Part shown: piece by piece, positions 36,235 to 46,119 of the stretch
Position numbering within the stretch: position 1 is the stretch's first letter
Layout of the letters: the number at the start of each line of letters is the position of its first letter
Source: Bacillota bacterium
Lineage (GTDB): Bacteria > Bacillota > SHA-98 > UBA4971
Assembly (NCBI GenBank): GCA_030024085.1
Contig: JASEJE010000005.1
Coordinates: 8,735-72,734 of the forward strand
DNA length: 64,000 nucleotides
Reading direction: 5' to 3'
Program-made: the position numbers and the translations under genes
The notes under the pieces: model-generated
Told to the model about the DNA's origin: nothing
Databases searched by the model: none
What the model saw: only the letters and a program-made list of their open reading frames with translations

Positions 36235-37493
36235 CCCAGCCCCAACCGTCCTTCCAGCATCTCCCTGAAGGCCGTGACGCGGGTAAGGGTCTGGCCCGAT
36301 ATGGCTGACCCATAATCGCCCTCCAGAAAGAGCATGGGCAGCCCTTCACCCTCGCCCACCTGCCCCTTCAGCTCTGCAAAATCGTAATACGCGTGGTCGC
36401 AAAACTTCGGCGCGAAATATACGATCCCCTGGGCCCCCGATGAACGGGCGAGTGCCCAGAGACGCCGCGCTCGCGCATCTCCCGCGAACATCCTGGGACA
36501 CGCGGGCTTACTGAGGTATGCGCGGGCGAGCACGCGGAACGGATCAGGTCGCGCCCCGCCAGGACCATCCGCGTCCGCGCACGCGCGCGCCCCATCCGCC
36601 CCATTCTCCGTCTCATGAGGGCCTGCGTCCACCGGGACCTCGAGGCCGAAGCTGCGCGACCCGAGGCACGAATCGACGAAAGCCACCGCAAGCCCTGCGT
36701 CCTCGAGGACGCCGAGAAGCGCGGGTTCCAGGAGGCACGTCCCCGAAACCCCAACACGCACGCCCTGGTCCCTTGCACGTCCATCTCCGGTGGCGTCGGC
36801 GCGGTGCATCGTTCTCTCAAGCACGGCCGCAGCTCTCGCCAGCGCCCTGGCAGCTTCATCTCCGTCCCCTAGACCCCTTCTGCCATCTGGCTGCGCGGCA
36901 ATGCGAGGGTCCTCGAGGTCACCCTTCAACTCCCCTCCAAGGGCGTCGTTCACCCCGAGCGTCAGGTACATCGCATCCACAGCCGACATATGGCCGGCCG
37001 CCTGAAGCTCGAACACCCGCAAAAGCCCGCTCCGGAGCCGGTTCATGGAGCGCGTGACGGCAAGAAGCCTCCGCTGGAACGACGGACCGTCCACACTGTC
37101 CACGAGTGTCCCGACCCCACCCCGTTCGCGGCCTGATATCCCCGCAAGACCCTGGGCGAACTCCCTCAGCACCTCGGCATAGTAGGCCTCGGCACCGCTG
37201 CCGCAAGCTCGGGGCACATCTACGAAATGGACCTCTCGGGCAAGGCCGAAGTAGCGCAGCGCATCGCAGGCGCGCCTCATGGCATCGCAGGAACCGGCCA
37301 TGGCGATGCGCTCGTCTTGCAGGTATTCACGGGCGAACGCCTTCGCGTACGAGCAGAAGTCACGCGGAAGATAGGCCTCGCAGGAGGGACCCGGTCCCCA
37401 GAACACGGCCCTCTTCGCTGGCATCCCGAGGGCAAGCGGGATCTCAAGTGGCACATAACCGCACGAGACCAGAACCAATCGAATTCCTCCCAT
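36231..37493 (-). CDS. 2-Hydroxyacyl-CoA dehydratase-family subunit (HgdA/HadB-like)
   Basis: 420-aa partner subunit (MGGIRLVLVSCGYVPLEIPLALGMPAKRAVFWGP...). Same caveats as the HgdB-like gene. Confidence 0.55.
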   Translation of the reverse strand: MGGIRLVLVSCGYVPLEIPLALGMPAKRAVFWGPGPSCEAYLPRDFCSYAKAFAREYLQDERIAMAGSCDAMRRACDALRYFGLAREVHFVDVPRACGSGAEAYYAEVLREFAQGLAGISGRERGGVGTLVDSVDGPSFQRRLLAVTRSMNRLRSGLLRVFELQAAGHMSAVDAMYLTLGVNDALGGELKGDLEDPRIAAQPDGRRGLGDGDEAARALARAAAVLERTMHRADATGDGRARDQGVRVGVSGTCLLEPALLGVLEDAGLAVAFVDSCLGSRSFGLEVPVDAGPHETENGADGARACADADGPGGARPDPFRVLARAYLSKPACPRMFAGDARARRLWALARSSGAQGIVYFAPKFCDHAYYDFAELKGQVGEGEGLPMLFLEGDYGSAISGQTLTRVTAFREMLEGRLGLG

Positions 37494-37674
37494 GAAAGCA
37501 GCCTGTCACTGCGCGTCAGCGGATGAGTCTACTATTCCTCACAAATCGCGCCTTCTCCTGCCGGTCACCCTCAAGCCGGGGCCGCCGCAGCTGACTCAGG
37601 TGAGCGGGCCAGCGTGGTCTCCAGACCGGTACTTTCCGGAAGAGGCATAATGCTGCAATGCTGCAAATTCGCCC

Positions 37675-37702
37675 TTGACAGGAAGGGCCGAACGGGTATA
37701 CT
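37675..37702 (+). promoter_or_regulatory. SigA-like promoter: -35 TTGACA (37675-37680), 16-nt spacer, -10 TATACT (37697-37702), reading toward leuA
   Basis: Consensus -35 and a 5/6 -10 with canonical spacing, in the AT-richer divergent intergenic region. It predicts a ~315-nt leader. Confidence 0.4.
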
Positions 37703-37709
37703 TTAAGGC

Positions 37710-38025
37710 CATATACATACATATGCTTGCCGTTGGTTGGCGACTAGCAGGTAATACACTCGCGTGTGCCGACCATCGCCGCACCCGCTGTGCATATGTA
37801 TGCATCGCGCTAAGTGTGAGTTCAGAAATCCATGCCGGTTTGGGAGAAGATTCCGGGTCGCCGGTGCTTGCTAGGGCGGGGCGTCGAGAATTTGGCCAGC
37901 CTTAAGCGCCAAATTCGAACGAGGCTCACCGCACGCGCCGTCCCCGGAGGGCAACACCGGCAACCCTGGAAAAGTGGCGGTGATTTCTGAACCCACACTT
38001 AGAGAACAAGAGGAGGGAAGAAGCA
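37710..38025 (+). promoter_or_regulatory. Long structured 5' leader of the leuA-like operon (candidate attenuator/riboswitch-like element)
   Basis: Nested long-range inverted repeats. GTTCAGAAATC (37820-37830) is the reverse complement of GATTTCTGAAC (37982-37992), and CATACATATGC (37716-37726) of GCATATGTATG (37792-37802). There is also an internal 9-bp hairpin (37888-37916). No T-box sequence or Leu-rich leader peptide was found. Confidence 0.3.
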
Positions 38026-39174
38026 TTGAATGAGAGAGACAAGAAGGTGCTGATCGTTGACACGACGCTACGTGATGGGGAGCAGACAGCAGGCGTCGTG
38101 TTTGCCCGCACGGAGAAACTGCGGATCGCGAGGATGCTTGACGAAATCGGGGTGGACCAGATTGAGGCCGGGATCCCCGCCATGGGTGGCGACGAGAAGG
38201 AGGCGGTCAAGTCAATCGCCCACGCGGGTCTCGAGGCCAGCATCATGGCCTGGAACAGGGCCGTAATCTCAGACATAGATGCCTCGGTCGAGTGCGGAGT
38301 GGATGCCGTAGCCGTATCCATTTCGGTTTCGGACATACACATCCTTCACAAGCTCCGGGTGACACGCCAGCAGGTCCTTGACGCCATGACACAGGCGGTG
38401 GTTCATGCAGCACAGCACGGCCTGTACATATCCGTGAACGCCGAGGACGCGAGCCGCGCTGAGCCCGCCTTCCTCCTCGAGTTCGCCATGGCGGCGAAGA
38501 GCGCGGGCGCGAACAGGCTCCGCTACTGCGACACCGTCGGCCTGCTGGACCCCTTGACCATGTATGACCGCGTCAAAACCCTTCGCGAGCAGACCGGGCT
38601 CGACATCGAGACCCATACCCACAACGACTTCGGAATGGCGACCGCTAACGCCCTGACAGGCGTGCAGGCGGGTGCCAGGTACGTCGGGGTCACGGTAAAC
38701 GGTCTCGGTGAGCGAGCAGGCAACGCGGCTCTCGAGGAGGTCGTGATGGCCCTCAAGCACATCTTCGGCATCGACCTCGGGATCAAGACCACCAGGTTCA
38801 GGGAGATTTCCGAGTATGTGGCGAAGGCCTCGGGCAGGGAGATACCGCCCTCGAAGCCCATTGTCGGCGCAAACACGTTCGCCCATGAGTCGGGCATCCA
38901 TGCAGATGGAGTCCTGAAGAATCCCAGAACGTACGAAGTCTTCCCGCCCGAGGAGGTAGGGCTCCAGCGGCAGATCATCATCGGGAAGCACTCCGGGAAG
39001 CACGCGCTCAAGGCGAAGTTCCTTGAATATGGCATCAACCTCACAGACGAGCAGGCGGCAGCCATGTTGCCCGCAGTGCGCACCGCTGCGGTAAACCTCA
39101 AGCGCCCCCTCTTCGATAAGGAGCTTGTATACATATACGAGGACGCCATGAGGGACATGTCCGCTCACAGGTAG
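38026..39174 (+). CDS. LeuA/CimA/NifV-family 2-oxoacid:acetyl-CoA condensing enzyme (short form, no C-terminal regulatory domain)
   Basis: TTG start after AGGAGGG. It has the DRE-TIM aldolase motifs (VDTTLRDGEQ; HTHNDFGMATAN). At 382 aa it lacks the LeuA allosteric domain, which is consistent with citramalate/homocitrate synthase-type enzymes. Confidence 0.8.
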   Translation: MNERDKKVLIVDTTLRDGEQTAGVVFARTEKLRIARMLDEIGVDQIEAGIPAMGGDEKEAVKSIAHAGLEASIMAWNRAVISDIDASVECGVDAVAVSISVSDIHILHKLRVTRQQVLDAMTQAVVHAAQHGLYISVNAEDASRAEPAFLLEFAMAAKSAGANRLRYCDTVGLLDPLTMYDRVKTLREQTGLDIETHTHNDFGMATANALTGVQAGARYVGVTVNGLGERAGNAALEEVVMALKHIFGIDLGIKTTRFREISEYVAKASGREIPPSKPIVGANTFAHESGIHADGVLKNPRTYEVFPPEEVGLQRQIIIGKHSGKHALKAKFLEYGINLTDEQAAAMLPAVRTAAVNLKRPLFDKELVYIYEDAMRDMSAHR

Positions 39175-39210
39175 CGAGCGGCGCCAGCGCATAAGGGAGG
39201 CATCGTCAGC

Positions 39211-40467
39211 TTGGGAAAGACCATCGCCGAGAAGATCCTCTCAAGCCACTCGGGCATCGACGCGCGTGCCGGAGACATCGTCCTCGCTGACGTGGACTTC
39301 GTGATGGGGCAGGACGGGACATCGCCTCTCGCCATCAAGGCGTTCCGCGAAATGGGCGGCGAGAGAGTCTTCGACCCCGCGAAGGTCGCCATGGTGATAG
39401 ACCACGGCGCGCCCAGCCCCAACGAAGGCACGGCCAACCTGCACAGGCTCATGAGGGACTTCGCCAGAGAGCAAGGCATCATCCTCTATGACATCGGCGA
39501 GGGCGTGTGTCATCAACTCATCCCAGAGCGCGGGCACGTTCTGCCAGGAGACCTCGTCATAGGAGCAGACTCACATACCTGCACCTATGGCGGCCTCGGC
39601 GCGTTCTCCACCGGGGTAGGGTCCACCGATCTCGCGGCAGCCCTTATCACGGGCAAGACGTGGCTCAAGGTGCCGGAGAGCATGCGGATCGTGTGCAAAG
39701 GCCGGCTGCCGGCGGGGACGTACAGCAAGGACCTGGCGCTACACCTTGTCGGCAGGCTCACAGCCTCCGGTGCCGCATACGTGTCGTGTGAGTTCTGCGG
39801 CGAGGCCGTGGAGCTTCTTGGCGTGGATGGCAGGCTCACGCTCTGCAACATGGCGGTGGAGACGGGTGCGAAGGCCGGGATCATCGCTCCCAGCGGCGAG
39901 GTGCTTGCATGGGTGCGCGGTCGCTCGAAGAAGAAGTTTCGTCCGGTCTTCGCCGACGAAGGGGCTTCCTACGTGGACGAGCGCGAGCACGACGTCTCAC
40001 GTCTCGCGCCACAGGTAGCCCGTCCACACAGGGTGGACCAGGTATGCGATGCGTCGGACCTCGCGGGGACCGAGGTTCACCAGGCCTTCATTGGCACCTG
40101 CACAAATGGCCGTCTGGAAGACCTCCGCGTCGCTGCGACGATACTCGAAGGAAGGAAGATACACCCCTCTGTGCGCCTCGTGGTGGCGCCGGCGTCCAGA
40201 CAGGTCCTCATGGACGCGATGCGCGAGGGCGTGCTGAAGATCCTCCTGGAGGCGGGTGCCGCAGTAGTGGTCCCCGGCTGTGGGCCGTGCGTCGGCACGC
40301 ATGCCGGCGTGCCCGCGGGCGGCGAGGTCGTGATATCCACCGCCAACCGCAATTTCAAGGGAAGAATGGGCAATTCCTCGGCCGAGATATACCTCGCCTC
40401 ACCCGCGACGGTGGCGGCCTCGGCCATCACAGGAAAGATCACGGACCCCAGGAAGTTCCTCGGGTAA
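39211..40467 (+). CDS. leuC: 3-Isopropylmalate/(homo)aconitase-type dehydratase large subunit (LeuC/HACN family, ~418-aa type)
   Basis: MGKTIAEKILSSHSG...VMGQDGTSPLAIKAF and the aconitase-family Cys ligands (GTCTNGRLEDL, VVPGCGPCVG). Confidence 0.85.
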   Translation: MGKTIAEKILSSHSGIDARAGDIVLADVDFVMGQDGTSPLAIKAFREMGGERVFDPAKVAMVIDHGAPSPNEGTANLHRLMRDFAREQGIILYDIGEGVCHQLIPERGHVLPGDLVIGADSHTCTYGGLGAFSTGVGSTDLAAALITGKTWLKVPESMRIVCKGRLPAGTYSKDLALHLVGRLTASGAAYVSCEFCGEAVELLGVDGRLTLCNMAVETGAKAGIIAPSGEVLAWVRGRSKKKFRPVFADEGASYVDEREHDVSRLAPQVARPHRVDQVCDASDLAGTEVHQAFIGTCTNGRLEDLRVAATILEGRKIHPSVRLVVAPASRQVLMDAMREGVLKILLEAGAAVVVPGCGPCVGTHAGVPAGGEVVISTANRNFKGRMGNSSAEIYLASPATVAASAITGKITDPRKFLG

Positions 40468-40519
40468 CGGGCAAGAAAAGGCCCGGCCAACGGTTGGTTA
40501 TCACAGGGGTGATGGCTAA

Positions 40520-41023
40520 GTGGTCTTGAGAGGAAGATCCCACAGGTTCGGCGACGACATCAATACCGACTACATCATCGCCGGGAAGTACAAGTTCAAG
40601 ACGCTCGACATGGACGAACTCGCGAGGCACGTGATGGAGGACCTTGACCCTGGATTCCATGCGAGGCTCAAGCCTGGCGACTTCATCGTGGCAGGGAAGA
40701 ACTTCGGGTGCGGCTCTTCCCGGGAGCAGGCGCCGCTTGCCCTCATCCACGCGAAGGTCGGCGCGGTCATCGCAGCATCGTTCGCCAGGCTCTTCTACAG
40801 AAACGCGGTGAACACCGGACTGCCCGTGGTGGAGTGCGACACCGGCAGCATTCTCGACGGGGACGAGCTCGAGGTCGACCTTAGCCGCGGCACCGTGCGC
40901 AACCTCACGCGCGGCACCACCGTCAGGGCAAGCCCTCTTCCCCCGTTCATGCAGCGAATCTTCGAGGACGGTGGTCTTGCGGCCCATATCCGCAAGCACG
41001 GGGGATTCCACCTTGGCACATGA
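40520..41023 (+). CDS. leuD: 3-Isopropylmalate/(homo)aconitase-type dehydratase small subunit
   Basis: MVLRGRSHRFGDDINTDYIIAGKYKF and GKNFGCGSSREQAPLAL, the typical LeuD swivel-domain motifs. Confidence 0.85.
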   Translation: MVLRGRSHRFGDDINTDYIIAGKYKFKTLDMDELARHVMEDLDPGFHARLKPGDFIVAGKNFGCGSSREQAPLALIHAKVGAVIAASFARLFYRNAVNTGLPVVECDTGSILDGDELEVDLSRGTVRNLTRGTTVRASPLPPFMQRIFEDGGLAAHIRKHGGFHLGT

Positions 41024-41127
41024 TGTTGCCGTGTCAACCGCACGAAGCCACCGCACCCGCCCACCTGGGGGCTAGGGGTCTTCCGTGGTCATCAATAGCG
41101 TCCGCGTAGCGGGGGTGGAAATAGACC

Positions 41128-42132
41128 GTGTCGCACAGAGTAACGCTCATCCTCGGGGACGGCATCGGTCCCGAAGTGGTCCTCGCGGCAAAGCGAGTGC
41201 TCGAAGCCACCGGAGCCGCGATCGAGTGGGAACAGGTGCAGGCAGGTGCGGAAATGCTGGCGCGCTGCGGCACTCCGCTCCCCGACGAGGTCGTCGAGTC
41301 GGTGCGACGGACCGGCGTCGCGCTCAAAGGCCCCGTCACGACGCCTGTAGCGAGCGGGTTCCGCAGCGTCAATGTGGGTCTGCGTGTTGCTCTCGACCTT
41401 TATGCCAATGTCCGCCCGGTTAGAACGCTGCCCGGCGTGCCCGGAAGGTATGCTCGAGTGGACCTCGTGATCTTTCGAGAGGCCACTGAGGACGTATACG
41501 CGGGCAAGGAGCGATGGGTGGACGAGGACACGGCAGAAACGGTCAAGGTCATTACCCGAAGGGGCTCGGAACGCATCGCCCGCGCCGCGATGGAGTTCGC
41601 CAGGCGCGAGGGACGACGTCGGGTGACCTGCGGCCACAAGGCCAATATCATGAAGCTCACTGATGGGCTTTTCCTCGACTGCGCCTGCACGGTGGCCCGC
41701 GACTACCGGGAGATCGAGTTCGACGATCGCATCATCGACGCCCTGTGCATGCAGCTCGTCATGGCACCAGAGAGCTTCGACGTGCTGCTCCTGCCCAATC
41801 TGTACGGGGACATCGTGTCGGACCTCGCGTCGGGACTTGCAGGCGGGCTGGGACTCGCTCCCGGGGCCAACATCGGGGACGAAATAGCCGTCTTCGAGCC
41901 CGTCCACGGAAGTGCCCCCGAGCTCGCGGGGCGAGGGATCGCAAATCCCATCGCCACGATCCTGTCCGCCGCCATGATGCTGCGACACCTCGAAGAGGCT
42001 GAACGCGCCGCCGCCGTTGAAGCTGCGGTTATGAAGGTGCTGGCCGAAGGCCGCGTGCTTACTCCCGACCTCGGCGGCAAGGCCACCACCGACAAAATGG
42101 CGGATGCCATAATCGCTGCGCTTCCTACCTGA
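41128..42132 (+). CDS. leuB: 3-Isopropylmalate dehydrogenase / isocitrate-homoisocitrate dehydrogenase family
   Basis: [14 protein letters not shown]-terminus and [27 protein letters not shown], the family signature. Confidence 0.85.
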   Translation: MSHRVTLILGDGIGPEVVLAAKRVLEATGAAIEWEQVQAGAEMLARCGTPLPDEVVESVRRTGVALKGPVTTPVASGFRSVNVGLRVALDLYANVRPVRTLPGVPGRYARVDLVIFREATEDVYAGKERWVDEDTAETVKVITRRGSERIARAAMEFARREGRRRVTCGHKANIMKLTDGLFLDCACTVARDYREIEFDDRIIDALCMQLVMAPESFDVLLLPNLYGDIVSDLASGLAGGLGLAPGANIGDEIAVFEPVHGSAPELAGRGIANPIATILSAAMMLRHLEEAERAAAVEAAVMKVLAEGRVLTPDLGGKATTDKMADAIIAALPT

Positions 42133-44974
42133 CCGGGTCGAAGCGGCGCAACCTGAGGGAGTTGGTCACGACCGACACCGACGAGAACGCCATGGCCGCT
42201 CCGGCGATCACCGGAGAGAGAAGGCCGAAAGCCGCGAGCGGGATGCCAATTACATTGTAGATGAAGGCCCAGAACAGGTTCTGGCGGATGGTTGCCATGG
42301 TGCGTCGGCTGAGGCGGATGGCCGCGGCCACGGCGCGAAGGTCCCCTCGAATGAGCGTGATATCCGCCGCCTCCATGGCTATGTCGGTGCCTGTCCCCAT
42401 GGCAATCCCGACATCAGCCGCGGCGAGGGCCGGCGCGTCGTTGATGCCGTCGCCGACCATGGCCACGACCCTGCCCTCGGCACGCAGCCGCTCCACCTCC
42501 CTCGCCTTGTCGCCCGGGAGCACCTCTGCGAGCACCCTCTCGATGCCCACCTGGCGCGCGATTGCCCGCGCCGTGCGCTCGTTGTCGCCCGTTATCATGA
42601 CGAGGTCCACGCCCAGGGCACGAAGGGCCCTGACGGCCTCCCGCGAAGTCTCCTTCACAGTATCAGCCACGCCGATGACACCGAGGGCCTGTCCGTCCGC
42701 CGCCACGAGCATCGCGGTCTGCCCCTGCGCCTCCATGGAGCGCCGTGCCTCATCAAGACCACAAGGCACGTCCACGCCGTTCTCCTCGAGGAGACGTCGC
42801 GTCCCGACGAGTACGACGGTGCCGTCCACCTGGGCGCGGATGCCCTTCCCCGGGATCGCCTCGAACTGCGTGGGCTCCGCCGGCTCGATCCCGAGGGCGT
42901 GGGCCCGCCGCACGATGGCCGCGCCGAGCGGGTGCTCAGACCGCATCTCGGCCGACGCCGCCAGCCTCAGCATCTCGCGGGCCGGGTCGCACCCGCCGCG
43001 AGGCCCGACCTGCGCCCGTGATGTCGCCGACGCGTTTCCCGCTGCTGCCTGCTCTGCCGTGAGCGCAACCCCAGCTGGGATCCCAGTCGCGGTCGTAACC
43101 TCGGCCGTTGCCGCCGCCGCAGGTGCAGCCGTTGCCGTTGCCACAACCGCGGCTGTTGACGTTCCCGCAGCTTGGGCCGTTGCCTCGCTTACCACCTCCG
43201 GCTCGCCCCTGGTAATGGTCCCGGTCTTATCGAACACCACGGTATCGATCTTGTGCGCCCTTTCGAGATGCTCCGCACCACGGATGAGGATGCCGGCCTC
43301 GGCCCCCCTCCCCGTGCCCACCATGATGGCAGTTGGCGTGGCAAGGCCGAGGGCGCACGGGCACGCGATCACCAGCACCGCCGTGAACGCAAAGAACGCG
43401 CGGCCGGGATCACCCGTGACGATGAGCCACCCTACGAGGGCCACGAGCGCCACCCCGAGCACCACCGGGACGAAGTACCCCGCGACAACGTCGGCGACGC
43501 GCTGGATGGGCGCTTTCGACCCCTGCGCCTCTTCCACCATCCGTACGATCTGGGAGAGAACGGTGTCCCTTCCCACCCTGGTCGCACGGAGTTTGAACGA
43601 CCCGTGCCTGTTGACCGTCGCCCCCGTGACCTCGTCGCCGGGGCCCTTCTCCATAGGAATGCTTTCGCCGGTGAGCATGGACTCGTCCACGACCGAGGTG
43701 CCCTCGAGTATAACCCCGTCCACCGGTATCCTCTCGCCGGGCTTCACGACAACTACGTCGCCCACCCGCACCTCGTCCGTGGGCACGTCCACCTCCTTGC
43801 CATCGCGCACCACGTGCGCAACCCGGGGCGCAAGGCCCATGAGCTTTCTTATGGCCTCAGAGGTTCTGCCCTTCGCCCGGGCCTCGAGGAGCCGCCCAAG
43901 GAGCACAAGGGTGATGACCACGGCTGAAGACTCGTAGTAGACGTGGCCTCGACCCACGAACGTCTGGTATACGCTGAACCCGTATGCTGCCGTGGTGCCC
44001 AGCGCAACGAGCACGTCCATGTTCGGGGAGCGCGCCCGAAGAGCCGCCAGCGCCCCTGTGTAGAACTGCCACCCGGCCACGAACTGCACCGGCGTGGCGA
44101 GGGCGAACTGGAAGAGTGGGTCGGTGAAAGGCGAGGGCAGGTGTACGCCCAAGAGGTGGGAAAGCATGAGAGTGAGGAGGGGCGCCGACAAAGCCGCCGC
44201 CAGGACAAAAAGGGCCCTCTGGCGCCTTATCTCGGCTTCGCGACGGCGCTCTTCCCTGTCCTTCGCGGCACCCGCCTCTTCACCTTCGCGGACCTCGCGG
44301 GCCTCGTACCCCGCATCGTGGACGACTCTCACAAGATCGGCAGGAGAGGTCTCGTCGGGGCTGTAGCGGACCGTGGCCCTCTCGGTGGCAAGATTCACTG
44401 CTGCGTCGATGACGCCCGGGGCGCGCCGAAGCGCCCGCTCCACCCTGGCCACGCACGAGGCGCACGTCATGCCCGAAACAGCGAGGGTGGCAGTGGCGAG
44501 GCCCACGTCGTAGCCAACGTCGCGGACCCTGTCGACGAGCGCGGACGCGCTAGTGCGGGACGGGTCGTACACAACGGTAGCGCGCTCGGTGGCAAGGTTG
44601 ACGCGGGCCGAGAGCACGCCCTCGGACCTCGCGAGCGTTCGCTCGACCCGGGCGGCGCACGACGCGCACGTCATACCGGTGATCCGGAGCGTGATGCGCC
44701 TCTCGTCACCGCGAGACCCGGCAGCCCCCGAGCTCGGCCCCGGCAGCCGTGCCTTCCCTGGCACAGCGCTGTCCTGACCGCCCTCCCTTTGCGCCTCAGG
44801 CAGCATCACGGGGCATTCGTCGGCTGCGCTCCTCACGGGCCCGGACCCGGCGGACGCAGCGTCGCCTGCACCGCCCTCCACCAGTGTGCACTCCTCTTTC
44901 ACCAGTGCATCCTCCTCCCGCGTGATGCTTCGCTCCAGGACCTCTCCCCCCTGGCCTCTCCTTTCCGCTCCCAC
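42125..44974 (-). CDS. Heavy-metal (Cu+/Ag+-type) P1B-ATPase with two N-terminal HMA domains
   Basis: Two GMTCASC(A/V)ARVE metal-binding domains, the CPC motif ([12 protein letters not shown]), DKTGTIT phosphorylation site, TGDN and GDGINDAP. There is an unusual Ala/Thr-rich insertion after DKTGTIT. Confidence 0.85.
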   Translation of the reverse strand: MGAERRGQGGEVLERSITREEDALVKEECTLVEGGAGDAASAGSGPVRSAADECPVMLPEAQREGGQDSAVPGKARLPGPSSGAAGSRGDERRITLRITGMTCASCAARVERTLARSEGVLSARVNLATERATVVYDPSRTSASALVDRVRDVGYDVGLATATLAVSGMTCASCVARVERALRRAPGVIDAAVNLATERATVRYSPDETSPADLVRVVHDAGYEAREVREGEEAGAAKDREERRREAEIRRQRALFVLAAALSAPLLTLMLSHLLGVHLPSPFTDPLFQFALATPVQFVAGWQFYTGALAALRARSPNMDVLVALGTTAAYGFSVYQTFVGRGHVYYESSAVVITLVLLGRLLEARAKGRTSEAIRKLMGLAPRVAHVVRDGKEVDVPTDEVRVGDVVVVKPGERIPVDGVILEGTSVVDESMLTGESIPMEKGPGDEVTGATVNRHGSFKLRATRVGRDTVLSQIVRMVEEAQGSKAPIQRVADVVAGYFVPVVLGVALVALVGWLIVTGDPGRAFFAFTAVLVIACPCALGLATPTAIMVGTGRGAEAGILIRGAEHLERAHKIDTVVFDKTGTITRGEPEVVSEATAQAAGTSTAAVVATATAAPAAAATAEVTTATGIPAGVALTAEQAAAGNASATSRAQVGPRGGCDPAREMLRLAASAEMRSEHPLGAAIVRRAHALGIEPAEPTQFEAIPGKGIRAQVDGTVVLVGTRRLLEENGVDVPCGLDEARRSMEAQGQTAMLVAADGQALGVIGVADTVKETSREAVRALRALGVDLVMITGDNERTARAIARQVGIERVLAEVLPGDKAREVERLRAEGRVVAMVGDGINDAPALAAADVGIAMGTGTDIAMEAADITLIRGDLRAVAAAIRLSRRTMATIRQNLFWAFIYNVIGIPLAAFGLLSPVIAGAAMAFSSVSVVTNSLRLRRFDPVR

Positions 44975-44999
44975 GATGGAGTTCCCTCCTCGCCACGGG

Positions 45000-45950
45000 C
45001 TACGCCCAGCGCTTTTCCACCCTCACATCCTTGAAATAGTAGGTGCAGATTTCCTCGTGCCGACGCCCTGCCTTCGCCATGTTGTGGGCGCCCCACTGGC
45101 TCATCCCGACGCCGTGGCCGAAACCCTTGCCGCTCATGCGCACCTGGCCGTCACGAACCTCAAGGCTCGTTATGAAGTTAGACCTCATGCGCATCGGGTC
45201 GAGGGCCACCCGGAGGTCGTTGCCGCCGATCGTGACATCCCCGCCGGAGTGGCGGATGGTTATCGTCTGGGCACGCCCTGAAGGACCCCGCCTTGCTATG
45301 GTCATGCCGGTTATCCCCCTGACCGGGATCCCGATCTTGTTCAGAGCAGCCTCGATCTCGGCCGTGCTGAACGTCGCCGACCAGACGCGGTCCTCGGCAG
45401 GGACGTCCGACGTCATGTCGGGGCTTTTCTTGACCACGGTGTAGGGCGGCTCGGGACCGCGGAAGTTCAGGCCTTCCTTGGCGAGGGCCGTGATACCCCC
45501 GGCGTTCGAGTGGAACCACGCGTCGACGAGCTTGCCGTTGTGGGTGAGCACCTTCCCCCGCGTCTCACGGACGGCTGATCTGATTACGTCGTTTATGTTC
45601 TCCGGTTTGAATTCCTGGGCCTGCTTGAACCCTGCCTGAATGTCCGAACCCATCGGTCCCTTCCCGCGCTTCTCCTCAAGGGTCTTCAGGGCGAACGTCC
45701 GCGCCACGATCGCCTGGGCCGCGAGAGCCTCCCTCGGCCAGTAGTTCCTCATCTCTCCCGCCACCACGGCGGCCACGTACTCCTCCATGGGCATCGCCTG
45801 GACCCGCTTCTGGTCCGCGAGGTAGACCCTTATCGTGGGCTCTTTCGCGAGGGCCGTCCTCCTTCCCCTCGACAACCCGACCACTACGAGCACCACGACA
45901 AGAAGACCGATTCCAAGCCAGAGCAAGCTCCTGTTTCTGTTCCCATCCAC
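45000..45950 (-). CDS. spoIID: SpoIID/LytB-domain protein (stage II sporulation protein D-like lytic transglycosylase)
   Basis: N-terminal TM ([18 protein letters not shown]) and the SpoIID domain (...[23 protein letters not shown]...). The GTG start near 45950 follows GGAGG. Confidence 0.75.
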   Translation of the reverse strand: MDGNRNRSLLWLGIGLLVVVLVVVGLSRGRRTALAKEPTIRVYLADQKRVQAMPMEEYVAAVVAGEMRNYWPREALAAQAIVARTFALKTLEEKRGKGPMGSDIQAGFKQAQEFKPENINDVIRSAVRETRGKVLTHNGKLVDAWFHSNAGGITALAKEGLNFRGPEPPYTVVKKSPDMTSDVPAEDRVWSATFSTAEIEAALNKIGIPVRGITGMTIARRGPSGRAQTITIRHSGGDVTIGGNDLRVALDPMRMRSNFITSLEVRDGQVRMSGKGFGHGVGMSQWGAHNMAKAGRRHEEICTYYFKDVRVEKRWA

Positions 45951-46119
45951 CTCTATCAGCCTCCGTCCTGCGCAACTTGTCTCGTGCTGCCACTTCCCTT
46001 TTGCTCTGTGGCTATTATGCGCAGAACAGAGGACCCATAGCAGCCGTGCTCGGTGGAGATGTCCCGGCTGGCTCTCGGCCAACAAGCACACAGTAGCTCC
46101 GTCTGTAACGAAGCGCATC

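Noticed and set aside
37710-38025. T-box or Leu leader-peptide attenuator upstream of leuA
   Set aside because: There is no AGGGUGGNACCGCG-like T-box sequence and no short ORF with consecutive Leu codons. The only small ORF (37675-37905) has no Leu run. The leader is reported as an unclassified structured element instead.
45950-46119. Sigma-E-type sporulation promoter upstream of spoIID
   Set aside because: A CATAATAG stretch resembles the sigma-E -10, but no convincing ATATT-like -35 lies at the right spacing. That is too weak to call.
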